DNA of 63,870 nt, the filler included, from Stramenopiles sp. TOSAG23-2 (Eukaryota), in NCBI GenBank assembly GCA_900128395.1. It is 10 parts of 10 records of this genome, joined end to end, with 100 filler letters (N's around TTAATTAATTAA, not from the genome) between each part and the next. Parts side by side here need not be neighbours in the genome. Positions count along the whole stretch, not along the records: positions 19,212 to 25,512 come from LT650484.1; positions 25,613 to 31,913 come from LT650485.1; positions 32,014 to 38,313 come from LT650486.1; 7 more parts are not named here. The stretch is one strand, 5' to 3'. Within the stretch, counting starts at the first letter, position 1; the number at the start of each line of letters is the position of its first letter. Of the stretch, positions 23,291 through 36,579 are shown piece by piece. The notes beneath the pieces were generated by a model, which worked only from the letters and a program-made list of their open reading frames with translations, searched no databases and was not told the origin of the DNA. Position numbers and translations under genes: made by a program.

Positions 23291-24799
23291 TCATACATCT
23301 TTTGTTATCGCGTATTTTTCCATTGGGCGAAGCTCTTCGTCCTTTTTTTTCATAGCGGCATTTAAATCAACTGAACTGGAAGTTCCTTTTAAACCACCGA
23401 CAATTTTACTACCAAAGACTAATTTGCATTTTGTTATATCTGGTGTTGGGTTTAATTTATCCTGCAAGTTATCGGATGTTACTTTCTTCCATTTTAATGT
23501 ACAACGTAAACATGATGCATTATCTAATTTACCTTTACTAACCATATTTGTCCACTCTGGATCTTTAGCACGATATTCCTTACTAATATATTCTTGACAC
23601 AAAGCACGAAAAAAATGAGAATGACCGACTAGAACAATAACTTTATCATCTGGAGTAGCGTATCGTAAATAATTAAATAGATATTCCCATCGAGATTTAA
23701 TATCTGCAGGTTTTTCAGCAACTTCCAATCGAGTCCACCATTCATCCTTCGCATCATTAGGATCAATTTGTACCTTTGTTACTTTATTTATTTTCTCTGC
23801 ATCCATATCTTTACCATCTTCATGTAAACATTTTGATACGTGTGGTGCAATTTTATCACCACTAAATTGTCCTACAGTATCAAAGGAGCCTATATTTTTT
23901 TTCTCTCTTAAATGCCTCAAGAGTTTTAAACCATGTTTTTTCAAAGCCGGATGGCCTTCGCATGTAACAAGTGCAGTTTCAATTGCACGTGTCAATGGCG
24001 ATGAGAAAATTTTAGTTGCACTTAAAAAAGTATTTACATCTTCAACTTTGTTTTTATCCATATCTTTACTACTATTTTTTGCTGTTGCTTGATCCTTCTT
24101 CCATTTTTCATTAAATAAAGATGCTTGCTTTACACCTAAGCTAGTCAATTCATGGTCAAATTGTTTCAACAACCCACCAACATCCTTGCCACTTTGTGCT
24201 TGGTTCCATTTTGATTCGCCATGTCTAATTATAAATATTTCTTTTTTATCTTCGTATTCGTCGGCAATGCTTTCACGTATGTCTGCAGTTTTCCTAGAAA
24301 ATGTTTTTGCAGCTACTAATCGTACCGTTATTGTTACTGGTTTATTGTTTTTAGGCTTGGTTTTTGTTTTACTGTATATATTTACAGTGACTTCTTCATT
24401 ATTTGCTTTTAATAAGTTTTCATATAGAATTTCAGCATCGCCAATAAATTCATCTGAAATCCCAGGTATATCTTCATCAAAAATTTTAAGATACAAGACA
24501 TCAGTCGATTTAGGAACAAATGGAAAGTCTTTAAATGTATTAAAAATCGGATTTAAACTATTATTACATGTCAATGTTCGATAAGAAATATCACCAAGAG
24601 GTTTTGTTTTATGTGCACCATGCATACATTCACGAAAACTAAATGTCACAAATGCATCAGTTAAGGATACTATATCCATATTAGGCAAATTATTTGCCCG
24701 TACAATTTCAACAACACAACTACCTTTTTGCCTTGTCTCAAATATACGTTTATTTCCAGCAACAGCTTCTTTTTTATCCAATGATTGATTGCACCCCAT
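23291..24799 (-). CDS. C2 domain + histidine phosphatase (PGAM-like) protein, predicted N-acylated
   Basis: MGC N-terminus; C2 motif (A.NLP.MD....DAFV, LNP.FN, IFDED...DEFIG); RHGES, SSPLTRA.ET and VGHS phosphatase motifs. Confidence 0.85.
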   Translation of the reverse strand: MGCNQSLDKKEAVAGNKRIFETRQKGSCVVEIVRANNLPNMDIVSLTDAFVTFSFRECMHGAHKTKPLGDISYRTLTCNNSLNPIFNTFKDFPFVPKSTDVLYLKIFDEDIPGISDEFIGDAEILYENLLKANNEEVTVNIYSKTKTKPKNNKPVTITVRLVAAKTFSRKTADIRESIADEYEDKKEIFIIRHGESKWNQAQSGKDVGGLLKQFDHELTSLGVKQASLFNEKWKKDQATAKNSSKDMDKNKVEDVNTFLSATKIFSSPLTRAIETALVTCEGHPALKKHGLKLLRHLREKKNIGSFDTVGQFSGDKIAPHVSKCLHEDGKDMDAEKINKVTKVQIDPNDAKDEWWTRLEVAEKPADIKSRWEYLFNYLRYATPDDKVIVLVGHSHFFRALCQEYISKEYRAKDPEWTNMVSKGKLDNASCLRCTLKWKKVTSDNLQDKLNPTPDITKCKLVFGSKIVGGLKGTSSSVDLNAAMKKKDEELRPMEKYAITKDV

Positions 24800-27282
24800 A
24801 TTGTTTCTTCTTGGATTTATATTTGTGCGCTTCTATACAACTAGGTATAATTTACAGGTTAGAAAAGTCATTATGATACATAGATTAGTATGGGGATAAA
24901 GATTAGTATTCATATATTTATATATATATATAAGAAATGGAATTCATTTATTTATCTATCTACATAAATGATAAAACCTCTCAGTGAAACCACAGCTATA
25001 ATCTCTTCATGTTAAAAATAGAAGTTGTCAGTGCAGGATAATGTCTCCAAAATCCAAAAAACTTGCATCGTCATTGAGGTATTAAGGCACCGCCACGTTT
25101 GACGACGGTAGACCATATAAAGAAAAGCAAGAGTAATAAAATGAGAACGAATTATACTTACCCTTGATATGAATTATTTTACATTTAGTCATATATACAC
25201 TTTGTTGTCATGTATATGTTTGGTTTGTTCTTTTCGATATGCACATATAGATATATTTCTTTAACCATACAACAATTCATTGGTTATTCCCTGCCTCGTG
25301 ATCTATGGGTATCAAATTCTTTAAATTAAGTATATAAGTTCTTAAATATTTAAGTATAATATAACTTATTATAAATAGTATATTTTTTACTATCTAAATT
25401 AAAAATTCTATTACTCTATCTGATAGATCAAAGGGTTCACTAAAATTAATCGAAAAAAATCATTAGGAAAAGACGATAATTAGTATACGAAAAGTATAAC
25501 TGAAAATATAACNNNNNNNNNNNNNNNNNNNNNNNNNNNNNNNNNNNNNNNNNNNNTTAATTAATTAANNNNNNNNNNNNNNNNNNNNNNNNNNNNNNNN
25601 NNNNNNNNNNNNGGGGGGGGGGGGGGGGGTGGGGGTAGGGTGGGTGACGTAGGTTATTATCAATTAATGGTACAATATATATACATATATGTAAATAGTG
25701 TTTTACCAGTTTACAGTACTTTGAAAAGTCTAGGTGGTTTTTTACTACAGTGTTTTTTTTTTTTTATTATTGTATTAAGGTATTGCACTACTACTATTAT
25801 TAATATAATAATAATATTAAAAAAAACATTTTTTTGTCGATTTCCTATCAAGTTGTTAAAATTATAATATACTAGATTACGGAGGGGGTGTTGATTCCAG
25901 ATTAAGATCTGATCGACTATATATAAGTAGTTCCTTATAATAATATAAAAAACAACAAATAGCTTGGAAAGTTTACATTTGTGTTTTAGTGCTATTGCAT
26001 GCTAACCGATCTGGGCGTAAGTTTTACAAATCTGTTTCGGAACCCTTAAAAAAGTAGTCTTCAAAAAAGTACATGAACATAGCACTGTTTATTTAGCATA
26101 AGAATAGTATAGAGGGGAAGGTGAAAAATGGCTTAAGTGATCGATCTGGACAAAATCAGTTTTCAGCTAAAAGCTGAAAACTTGAGTACGCTCAAAACAA
26201 AAATATTCTAATGATGTTGGATAAAATTGTATTCTAATTAGTACATATGTTTTACCAAAATACCTATCATGAGTTGTCACTCATCATCATATAATAATAA
26301 AAAATACTCCTCAAAAATATATATCTCCATTAAAAGAATTAATTACTGCAAATTAAAAATGATTTTAGATGAAAAAAATGTATGATCCTCTAAAACATAA
26401 AGTTTTAAACAAAATGCGTTACTTTTTTTTTTCTTCGAAGGATCAGATGGGTGAGTAAAATAAATGGTAAATAAAATTCTATTATTTTAAGATCTTACAT
26501 AAATTATTTTTATTTTTATTTAAATTATTTTAAAATTATGCATCTTTCAGCTACTTTGGTAGGACTTATTTTCCGTGATTTTAACACAATCTTATAATTT
26601 CTATACTAATTCCGAAAAAAACACTTTAATCTCCCTCTCTTTGTTCCTATTCTATCTCCAGGGTTCAAAATATATCTAATACTTGTATATTTTCAATTCG
26701 AAAACAAATCAATAAAAACTTTTCTTTTTATTCAAAAAATAAACTTCTACCATTTCAACATCCATAATTACAAGAAACTAAGGACATTTTTCACCTCAAT
26801 TATGATCGAATATACCTGAAAAACATAATTTCAAAATTTTTTTTTTAAAATGTGAAGATATGTAAATTAGAGATCAATTTTTTCTAGGCACGTTTCAAAT
26901 GTATGTTGAATAGTAAATACGAAATTTCATTGCGAAACTAAACTATTAACATGTTATTTTCTATTCCTAATGATAAAAATTACCAATTTTACCCATTATC
27001 TCTAATATGCACACTTTTTTTCAACATAATGTAAATGAAGTCAATTATAATGAAATAATGCAGAAAAAGATGTTTTGAAAAATATCATAGAAAAATACAA
27101 AAATATTTAGATACAAATACAAAATTTGACGTGTTCTCTTCAATTGTAATAATAAACGTTGTTTGTGAGTTTCATGCACTAAGCAAAAGAATTAGATGCT
27201 TTTCAGAGAAAAATTGTAATAATTTTTAATAATTTTATCTTATGTTATTTTAATTTTATTTATTTTATTACGCACACATGTT

Positions 27283-28404
27283 TTAATAATCAAATGCAGT
27301 TGTAATTTCATTATTCATACCATTATTAACTTTAAAATTATTGAACAGTACAGATAATGATAGCAAATTTTGTCTTAATTTGTTATTATGCAAAGGCAAT
27401 TTCAAATGTAAACGCGGTAATTGAAATATATGCATTGCCCATTCGCTAATTTGACGCACTTGTCTCAAATTTTGGCCATGTTGCAAGTCTAGCACATTTC
27501 TCTCACTGAGTTTTATTAAACCGGGTACGTTGGCAAAAGCAGAATCACCAACAACATTTGTCCCAGCCTTTACCTTTTCATAAAGACCACCTATGCGTGC
27601 TGCTTGGCTATCATGCGTCGTTCCAAGAGCATTTAATATTGCAAATCGAAATACTCCCCTTGTATCTACAAGAAGGACATTTACCACAACATGGCTGTGC
27701 AACCAGCCATTGTAGTATGCTGCTTGCAGATTTGCATCTTTTGATGTTTCAATTGCAACTTTGCATCCATCAATAGCACCCCAAACATTATACCTTTCCA
27801 ACATTGGATATTTTCTATTTGTTCTTTCAATAAGATCTGCCATTTCTTCGTCAGTAGGCCATGAAACGCGTGCATCTGGATGATCTTTTAGTGCTTCAAC
27901 TAAAGTATTAATATCTCTGTTAATTGCTTGTGATATCCGATGCCTTGATATCCCAAAAAGTAGTCCCAAATATTTCATTTCACATGTGCTGTTAATATAA
28001 ATTAGTATCAGTCCAATTCTATCTTCTAAACAAAATTTGTTATTGCTGTAACTATTCTTTGCATTTGCATCATATACAATATTTGGTAATGATGCATTGC
28101 GTTGGGAAGGTTCATGTAAGTCAATATAATTTTTAAAAATAGATACTAACCTGTCAAAGACAACAAGATTTACTCCAAGGTACAACTTAAACTCGTTCGA
28201 GCTTTTGTTGTCCAGGAGTTTCCTCCATGGAGACCTCTTTAGCCCCAATCGATATGATTGTTTTTCTTCTTTTCTTGTATCATTTGAATTTATGATATTA
28301 GAAAATAGAAGGCTAGCAATTAGAGGTTCTTCCTCTAGTAGAGTATCAAAGTCTTCTCTCAGTTCGTTGTTTATTAATATTATTTTTGTTAAACTATTTC
28401 CCAT
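27283..28404 (-). mobile_element. PIF/Harbinger-IS5-like DDE transposase (DDE_Tnp_4-type); start re-set to MGNSL
   Basis: HTH-like LGLLFGISRHRIS, W.AIDG, YNGW.HSH...NVL, G..HDS, GDSAF and RQ.SEW motifs; DDE triad intact. Confidence 0.85.
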
Positions 28405-28566
28405 AACTTTGACTTTAATAATAATAATAATAATAGACAAGGAATGTATATATATATGTATATATATATAGTTGAAGTTATAGATTATTTCAACTTCAAT
28501 ATAGTATGATAAAAAAAAAACAATCGAGAAAATTTCAACTTGTTCAATAACTTTTATCTCTTTCTT

Positions 28567-28609
<43 letters not shown>

Positions 28610-29007
28610 ACATAAATATATATAATATATTTAGTCAATAATTTTAAAAAGGCTGTAAATTGATAAAAGGCTGTATAAATGATAAAAAGCTGGTACGATG
28701 GATCTAGTACAACGGTTCTATTTTAACATGGTTGTAGTATATATATATTTTCACAGCCACTCATCAATTTATCTTGGTGTACTTTTTTTTTTTTAAAGTT
28801 TCTTTTTTTTTATTCTTTTTTCAAAACAAACTTGATAGGCATGCAGGTGTGTTAGACTACACAATAATAATTTCAAAAACAAACATGATTTTTCACAACA
28901 AAAAAACACAAACGCATAGAAAAAAACATATATGTGTATGTATATGTACATAGACATACAGATAGATACATTAAAAAAAAACAAAAGACGCATCAAAAAG
29001 AACAAAT

Positions 29008-30072
29008 ATGCCACCAAAAAAAAGAAGAAAGCAACATTTTAAACAAAAAAATTTAAATAAAGCAGCAATGGACCTCAAACGCCAACGCGAAGAACGATTC
29101 GCCAACCGAGCTGCTCTTCAAGAAAGGTTGCAAAAAGCAGAAGAAGAAAAAAAGCGACAAGAACTTCTTGAAAATCGTAGTTCATCTACCATCACCACGC
29201 CTAGGCTTGATTCACCTAGACCTGCAGAAAAACGAAAGAAACTGTCAACACCAACAGTTTCGACTGAAAATGCAAATTCTGGCAGCAGCAATTCTATCGC
29301 AAATGTACCGCAAACACCAACGGTTTCAAATGCACCGATTGAATTTCAAGTGTTGCGTGTTCCAGCAATGCAATCTAATTCAAGATTGGTAAATGAGGTT
29401 TATAAAACTTTCCTTGACAAAATGTATTATGATTTTGATGATTTTGACAAAAAATTATTAAAACAATCAAAGAATGGAAGAGAAAACATAGCACAGATGG
29501 CGATGGATGAGCATGAGGATCAGATGCTTGTTACATCCTCTGTAAGCGGAATCACGCCAAAAAAGCTCCAAGCAAAGTTTATGAACGACGTGGCAAAAAG
29601 AATTCCAACAGGGGATCCGAATTGCCCACCGTTAGTAAGGCAAGCAAAGCGAATTTGGAGACGTATCCAAGAGGATAGTGTAAATTTGGCACTTGAAGAA
29701 GATGGATCTGTATCAGACAATGAAACTACTACAACAACAACTACTACTACAACTACCAGTGGAAGTAATAGCAGTTCGAGTAATAGCAATTCGAGTGTAA
29801 GATTTCATGTGCCATCAAGTCAAATGTCGAATATGGATGGCGGTAGTAGCAGTGGAAGCAGGAGTTCGAAAAAAAAATCAACATCAAAATCAACATCTAA
29901 TGCAACAACAAGAAAATGGGGTTCAAAAGATGGCATGGCGTTGATGGCCAAATATATGTTTGACTGCCCACCGTGCAAATGGGTACCGCCTCCACCTGGA
30001 ATGGTATGGGGAGTCTGCTCAAAATGTGGTGCTGGTTATAATTTCTCGACTGGAGAGAAACGTTACGATTAA
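29008..30072 (+). CDS. Putative transposon ORF2: NLS, disordered body, C-terminal C4 zinc ribbon
   Basis: Divergent from the transposase (~600 bp apart); PPKKRRK NLS; CPPC...CSKC. Confidence 0.6.
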   Translation: MPPKKRRKQHFKQKNLNKAAMDLKRQREERFANRAALQERLQKAEEEKKRQELLENRSSSTITTPRLDSPRPAEKRKKLSTPTVSTENANSGSSNSIANVPQTPTVSNAPIEFQVLRVPAMQSNSRLVNEVYKTFLDKMYYDFDDFDKKLLKQSKNGRENIAQMAMDEHEDQMLVTSSVSGITPKKLQAKFMNDVAKRIPTGDPNCPPLVRQAKRIWRRIQEDSVNLALEEDGSVSDNETTTTTTTTTTTSGSNSSSSNSNSSVRFHVPSSQMSNMDGGSSSGSRSSKKKSTSKSTSNATTRKWGSKDGMALMAKYMFDCPPCKWVPPPPGMVWGVCSKCGAGYNFSTGEKRYD

Positions 30073-31463
30073 GCAGCTCGACGTTCGTGACTTTTTTTTT
30101 TCTGAAGATTGACTAGATTTAGCATTTGTGGTGATTGTTAAATGTAGTAAAATATCTTTGGAAAATGATTGTATCATGTTCATATTTAAAAATAATTATT
30201 ATTGTGGTGGATAGTAATTATTAATTTAGAAGAGTATTTAGTTTTTAAAATATAAAATATTTTTTAAAGTATATATTGTTTTCTAAAATGCAAGTACGAT
30301 ATTTCAATAAATTTTAATTCGACACTGGTGCAAAGTTGCATATTGCTGCTAATGTTTTGTTTGTTCATTTATATAATTTATTTTTTTATGGGTAAAATTG
30401 AAATAGCGACTTGGACTTTTTATTTTGGAGAAGATGATGAGTGCGAAAAAGGATGGAGTTCCAATGCGGTCAATTATTCGTATTCTAACAAAACACGCCT
30501 ACCAATTGGCGAAAAAATACATGAAACTTATAAATTAAAATTAAAACGTATTTATAATGTATTCTTATAAAAAAATCGACCATTTTTAATTTTTGACACC
30601 TACTATTTTTCGTACTTAAACATTTTAAACCATATTTTCCTATCAAATATTCGTAATGTCAAAGTAAAAAAAAGGTCTAGAAGACAATCCAAGTTCTGTA
30701 AAGGTTTTCCAGTCCTCGTTCAAATCGTTTTAGGGCTTACATTTTTGTAACAAATAGGAGATTAAGTATGAATTTTCCATACTGTAGACAAGTGTATATG
30801 GCCTATAAAAAGGAAAAGTCTAAAAGTAAACTTTCCAAGCTAATACCAACACGAAACACATTATTGACACCGGTATGTTCATTGTTAATTATTGTTGTTG
30901 TTGTTGTGAATTCTTCTTATTATTGTTATTATTATTATAATTGCTTATTGTTGTTATTATATATTACGCTTGTACCCTTTTCGATTATGAACATAGATAT
31001 GAATATCTACTATTAGAACTATTATTACATATCTACAGGTATTACTCTCTCGTCTCTCGAAACATCTCGGGCCATTTCGCCTATGAAAGTTAAGTGTAAC
31101 TTTCTGTAGTCTTATCTTTACTATAGACATAGCAAAGAAAAGACAGACCAGCCTTCACCAAATTTTATATTTGTTAGTAGTGCTGTTCTTATACTAACAA
31201 GCATTACAGTGGTTCCTACAGGAATTTCTTGATATATTATATATAATTTAAATCGTGTTCGCGTAGGGGTGATTTTGGGGGAGTATACGATGGTCCTTAC
31301 TTAAACGGAATTCCCATATGGTCTTTTCCTATATGATTTCGGAGTCTAAGAAATCGTACCACTCCGTTCCTGAAGTCGGTTGCATTGGGGCACTGAGAGA
31401 ATGTCGAAAAAAATGTCAAAAAAAATTTTCCGTGTTGTGCCATCATATGTCAGGAGAGGATAC

Positions 31464-31909
31464 CATGTCCCACAGTTATGTGGTGAATGAAGAACTTTTT
31501 CCACCAAAATAGCGTTTTTTTGTAAATCGGGATGGTAGAGAAAATGTGTTTTACATACTTAAATCAGAGAAAATTAATATATTTTTGCATTGTTATTAGT
31601 GTTAAAAAAAGTTGTTTATATTTTTGCCGAGGATTTGGTAGTAAACGTAACAAAATGTTAATTATAAATGGTGTTATTTTTTAATTAAGGAGACATAAGA
31701 AAAGGTAGAAAAAAGTGGATAGAAATTAGAAAAAATACCAATATATTGAAATTACCGCAAGAAAGTGCATGTCCCACAGTTATGTGGTGAATGAAGAAAT
31801 TTTTCCACCAAAATAGCATTTTTTTGTAAATCGGGATGATAGAGAAAATGTGTTTTATATACTTAAATCGTCTAAAATTAACATATTTTTTCTTTGTTAA
31901 TAGTGTTAA
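31464..31909. repeat. ~140 bp direct repeat with 304 bp period
   Basis: catgtcccacagttatgtggtgaatgaagaa... at 31464 and 31768. Confidence 0.85.
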
Positions 31910-32162
31910 GACANNNNNNNNNNNNNNNNNNNNNNNNNNNNNNNNNNNNNNNNNNNNTTAATTAATTAANNNNNNNNNNNNNNNNNNNNNNNNNNNNNNN
32001 NNNNNNNNNNNNNAATAAATATTTGAAGATATATTAGTACCAATATTAAAATAAATAATAATTTAAAAAAAGAAGAGCTTCTTTATTTTTAATTTGATAT
32101 TTTATTATTACTGTACTGCACTACTGTACCAAAAAAAGCCCCGCCCTATATATAGCTATATC

Positions 32163-32234
32163 ACCAGTGGTATATACAACATAGTTTTCCTTTAGTGTAC
32201 TGGCAAGGAAAATCTCTGTGGGGTGTCCAGAGTA
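32163..32234 (+). promoter_or_regulatory. Palindromic upstream element C (copy 1)
   Basis: gtactggcaaggaaaatctctg...gtccagagta matches the reverse complement of 63031-63064. Confidence 0.55.
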
Positions 32235-32761
32235 AGAGAGTAAGCCAGTAAGCCCAAGTAAGCCCTATATATAGGACAAGTATTAGTATTTCAAGTATAA
32301 TCTGCACTATACTAATACGTACTATAATTATTACTTAGTATTAGACAGTAGGTTTTAAGGTGGCCTGTGTGGGCTTTGCTTTTGGGAGCCGCACATTTAC
32401 ATTATAACATATCAATCAAAAATCTCACAGTTTGATTTTTGATATTAATATCCTTGATAGATCTTCAGATCTTCAGCAAAACCTAAAGATTTTAAAAGGT
32501 TAAATATAGAAATATAACACTATTTAGCATTGAATCTAGACATAGACGAAAGACAGTTTTACTACCCTCAGCTTTAGCAGGTAAATACCACAGTAGTGAG
32601 ATGAAAAAAAAAAGATATTTTTAAAAAACTGAAACATATATATACCTTTAGATAGATATAGAAGATAGACAGAACATTCGATAGAAGAATTAAACAAAAC
32701 AAAACAAAACAAAACAAAACAAAACAACAAGAATAAAACAACAACAACAAAACAAATCATT

Positions 32762-33184
32762 ATGAAATTTGCAATCGCATTATTAGCATTATTAGCTGTT
32801 ACAGCATATGCAACTCCAGCAGTCAAAGTTGATTTATTACCAGGTCTTGAAAAAGCACTTTTGGGAAATATCAAAGCAAAAGCAACTTGTGAGTATGAAG
32901 ATCCATTTAAAACCGACAGCTGCCAAACTGGTGAAGCAAACGTAACCATCTCCGGTGTTCCAGGCGCTTTCTGCGCACCAAAATGTACCGCTTCAGGAGG
33001 ATGCCCAACTGATACATGCCCACTTACCGTTGCAAAACCACAATGTGTATTACAAGACCAATCTGGTGATAAATACTGCGCATTACTTTGCACTCCAGGT
33101 GGTTCAGGTGCACAATGTAGTCATGACGAACATATGGTTTGTACTGCTATCTCTGGTGTTGGCTTGTGCACATACTTATCATAA
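32762..33184 (+). CDS. Small secreted cysteine-rich protein
   Basis: Signal peptide; 12 Cys in the mature region (C.PKC...CPTD, C.LQD....YCAL.C). Confidence 0.85.
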   Translation: MKFAIALLALLAVTAYATPAVKVDLLPGLEKALLGNIKAKATCEYEDPFKTDSCQTGEANVTISGVPGAFCAPKCTASGGCPTDTCPLTVAKPQCVLQDQSGDKYCALLCTPGGSGAQCSHDEHMVCTAISGVGLCTYLS

Positions 33185-33989
33185 GTATATTGCAATTTGC
33201 AAAGCATTATATATGCATAAATTTTCGAGAATTAGAGCAAGTGCATATACCATATTATACACTTTTTGGTTCTCGCTTTTACATGAAATTTAGAAAGAAC
33301 AAAAACGAAAGAATCTTATATCGTTTTAACTTAGACATATTTTTTCTTACGACCAAAAGAAATATATTATTAGCAATACAAAATACTAATATATTTTGTT
33401 TTTTTATAAGTTAGTAGGATAGAATTTTATGTATATATTGCATGAATATATGGTTACATATTGTGATAATAAAGGAAGATTACTTTATTTAGCAATGTAT
33501 ATAATATATTTTACAACAAAACAATACGTATTTTACGTGTATATTATTGAAGAGTAAAAATTCATAAATTTGTTTATATTTTTTTACACTTTACACTCTT
33601 TATAAAAAAAAGTGCATGATACACAAAAATGTACCCTCGTACGTTCTCGTAAATATAATTTTTACACAAAAACATATTCTAGATTATACTCGTATTACAT
33701 ATCAGTATGTACATACTTCGTAGCAGAAAAGTGTCGTGCGCGTGATAGTGTGTATGTGTGCGTGTGTATTTTTTATATTTTTTTTTTGTATCATTATTAT
33801 GATATCATATGATACGTATGATATGCATATCATACGAGAAATATAGCTATCATATCATATTTATCATACATACACACACTTTTGTAAAAATACTCTCTCA
33901 AAATGTTTTGTTTTTTTCCAGAGATGTTACGCTTCTCGACGAGTATATTATATATATATATATATATATACGACGTAATATATATATCT

Positions 33990-36007
33990 TTACTGTTTTA
34001 CATATAATCCAGCATTGATTAAATTATTTAAACGTTCTTTTTCATCATCATCTTCTAGATCATTAAAAAAATCATCGTTGTTGATAAATTCATCAACCCC
34101 TTCTTGGTGTGAAGTGGTGGACGATGTCGTTGGACTTCGTGATGGTGATATTGGATTCCGCCTATTATCATTACTATTTGTTCCGTTCGTATTATTAACA
34201 TTTTTCGTTGGTAAATTGTAATCAAACAAATGTTCTTGCTCTTCATTTACTACTGATAATCCAGTATTATTATTGTCATCAATGCCCTTCAATGTTCCAA
34301 CATCCTCAGTATCATCATGATATCTTGGTGAATTTCCACACATTATATCCAATTTCGAGATTAATTCCAGCATTGCATTTTCTTGTGCTCTAAATCCGAC
34401 TGCGGTATGATCTTGTAAAAGTGATTCACAAACATTTATAACATGCTCTAACAATAAAATTGGAACATTTGATGGAAATTGTTGTAGTAATGTATTTGCT
34501 AATTCGAAACTTCCTATGCTTATGTATGCCAGCATTGTTATTATATACAATTCTGAGAAATGATATATAATATATATAAAGAGAGAGAAATTTTGTTGTA
34601 TGTTAGATTTAAAGTTTTTTCCAAAAAAAAAAAGTGCTAGCAGAAGGAACCAAAGAGAATATACGTACCATTTTTAACAACCATTTTTCTCCATCTCATG
34701 TTACTAATCATACCTATACATTTTTCTAACATACCAGCATTTAATAATGCTGAATTAATATTTTCCCATACAACTACAGGTACAGTAACATTTGCATCAC
34801 ACATATGATTGAATATGTCCAATGCTGGAACAATTTTTTTTTCACGGCAACATCGTAAGATAAGATGTTTGTACACACCTGGCAACTTCAATACCACCTT
34901 TCTTTGTATTAACCGATTAAATAAATGTATTGCGTAGTCTAATGAATCTAATATATAGTCTTCTCGCTCATCTAAGCATAATCGTATAATTTTTGCCGAA
35001 GTCCGATCAATTTGTGCTGTTGATAATGATGTAGAAGAAGAGGTTTTTTTATTTACAAGATCTTTTTTTTTATAATCATTCATCGATTTTTCATTATTTT
35101 TTTCAGGATCAATATATAATTTAACTTTCAGATTTGCATGTATAGTTGAACTTTGCGTTTCAGTATTATTACTATTATAATGCAAGCCTTTCGTGTTATT
35201 TATCCCAAAGTTATCATGATCATAATCATTATCATCATCATGTTCTGATAAAGCTGATGAAGAATCACTTTCCGAACCATCATCACGATCCCAAGCGGAT
35301 CTTCTACCTTCAAATGGGACTGGAGATTTCGGGCGTGGTGGACATCGATGATCTTCCGTTATATGACTTGCATTTTCATTAGTAACATTTATTTTTTTGC
35401 CATCTTGTCTAGGTGGCGATCGACCTTGTATCGAAAATTCGCGATTGTTAGATACGGCTGATATACCACCTTTGAATTTATATGTGTTACTACTAGCTGG
35501 CCTACGTGGTGGTCTTGGTTTTGGTTTATTTTTATTGTTATTCGGAGAAGATGATGATATCATATTGTTGTTGTTGTTGTTGTCATCACCTTTGTAAAAT
35601 TGATCTAATTGTAAATGTTTATATGCTCTATCTCTACGTTCTTTTGAGTCATTCCATGTTTGGTATACTGCTGGTACATGTTTCGAACGACGTGCTTTTG
35701 CTAATGGTGATGTTTGTATTTGAGATGTATCGTCGTTTTTATTATTATTTTGATTGCGACGGTTATTATTATTATTATTACTGCTTGTTTCTGATAATAA
35801 ATCATCTGGAGATATTTCAAAATCCATTAAATCAGATAAAGATGGCGTATGACTCATTCCTCTATCTGTACCGTCAACTGATATTAAATTAGCTTTAATT
35901 AAATCTGACAAGGATGGTTGCTTTTTAAAAGTATGTTTCTCTTTTCCACTTTCAAACGTGTACATATGTGTTGAATTTTTATTATTATCATTGATATTAT
36001 TCGCATG

Positions 36008-36038
<31 letters not shown>

Positions 36039-36112
36039 GGTTGTACAATTGCATGTTGTTGTTCGATATTAAATTGCCGACTTGGCGTTGGATTCGACGG
36101 CCTTCCTTCCAT
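33990..36112 (-). CDS. Pentatricopeptide-repeat-containing protein; two exons (36112-34669, 34552-33990)
   Basis: GTACGT...TTTCTCAG intron at 34668-34553 joins the two ORFs in frame (KN-E-LYII); PPR-like helices VYKHLILRCCRE...ALDIFNHM. Confidence 0.75.
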
Positions 36113-36579
36113 GTTTACGATTGTATATCTAATCTATATATATATATTACAAGGTTGACAGCAATATGTATTTGAATGATTAGTGTTTGGTTGGAATTGG
36201 TATTACTACATGTATATACACAATGTATTGTTTTATTTTTGTTTTTTGATGATTTTTGATTTTATTTTTTTTTTCATCTGGCAAGTTGCTCTGTGCAGTG
36301 TGGATGTGATTTAGTAGATTTAGATTTTAATTTAGATTTATTAATAGATTCCAATTTTTTTTACCTCCTGTATAATATTATACCATGATATTTACCTGGT
36401 GGTATATTTAATTTTTATAATTACGATACCTCTGGTAAATAATAATAATTGAAATAATACAACACCATTATTATAGCAGGACACAACATGAAGGACATAA
36501 TATCATCTCCTTTCTATTTCTCCGTATAGTCTCCCTCTCCAGTCTCTCCCGCTCTTTCGTTCCTCTCTTTCTTCTTTCT

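Noticed and set aside
28405-28638. N-terminal extension of the transposase ORF
   Set aside because: Translates AG/AT microsatellites from a non-ATG start; likely UTR.
29008-30072. ORF2 as a Fanzor/TnpB nuclease
   Set aside because: It has a C4 zinc motif but no recognisable RuvC D-E-D motifs, and much of it is low complexity.
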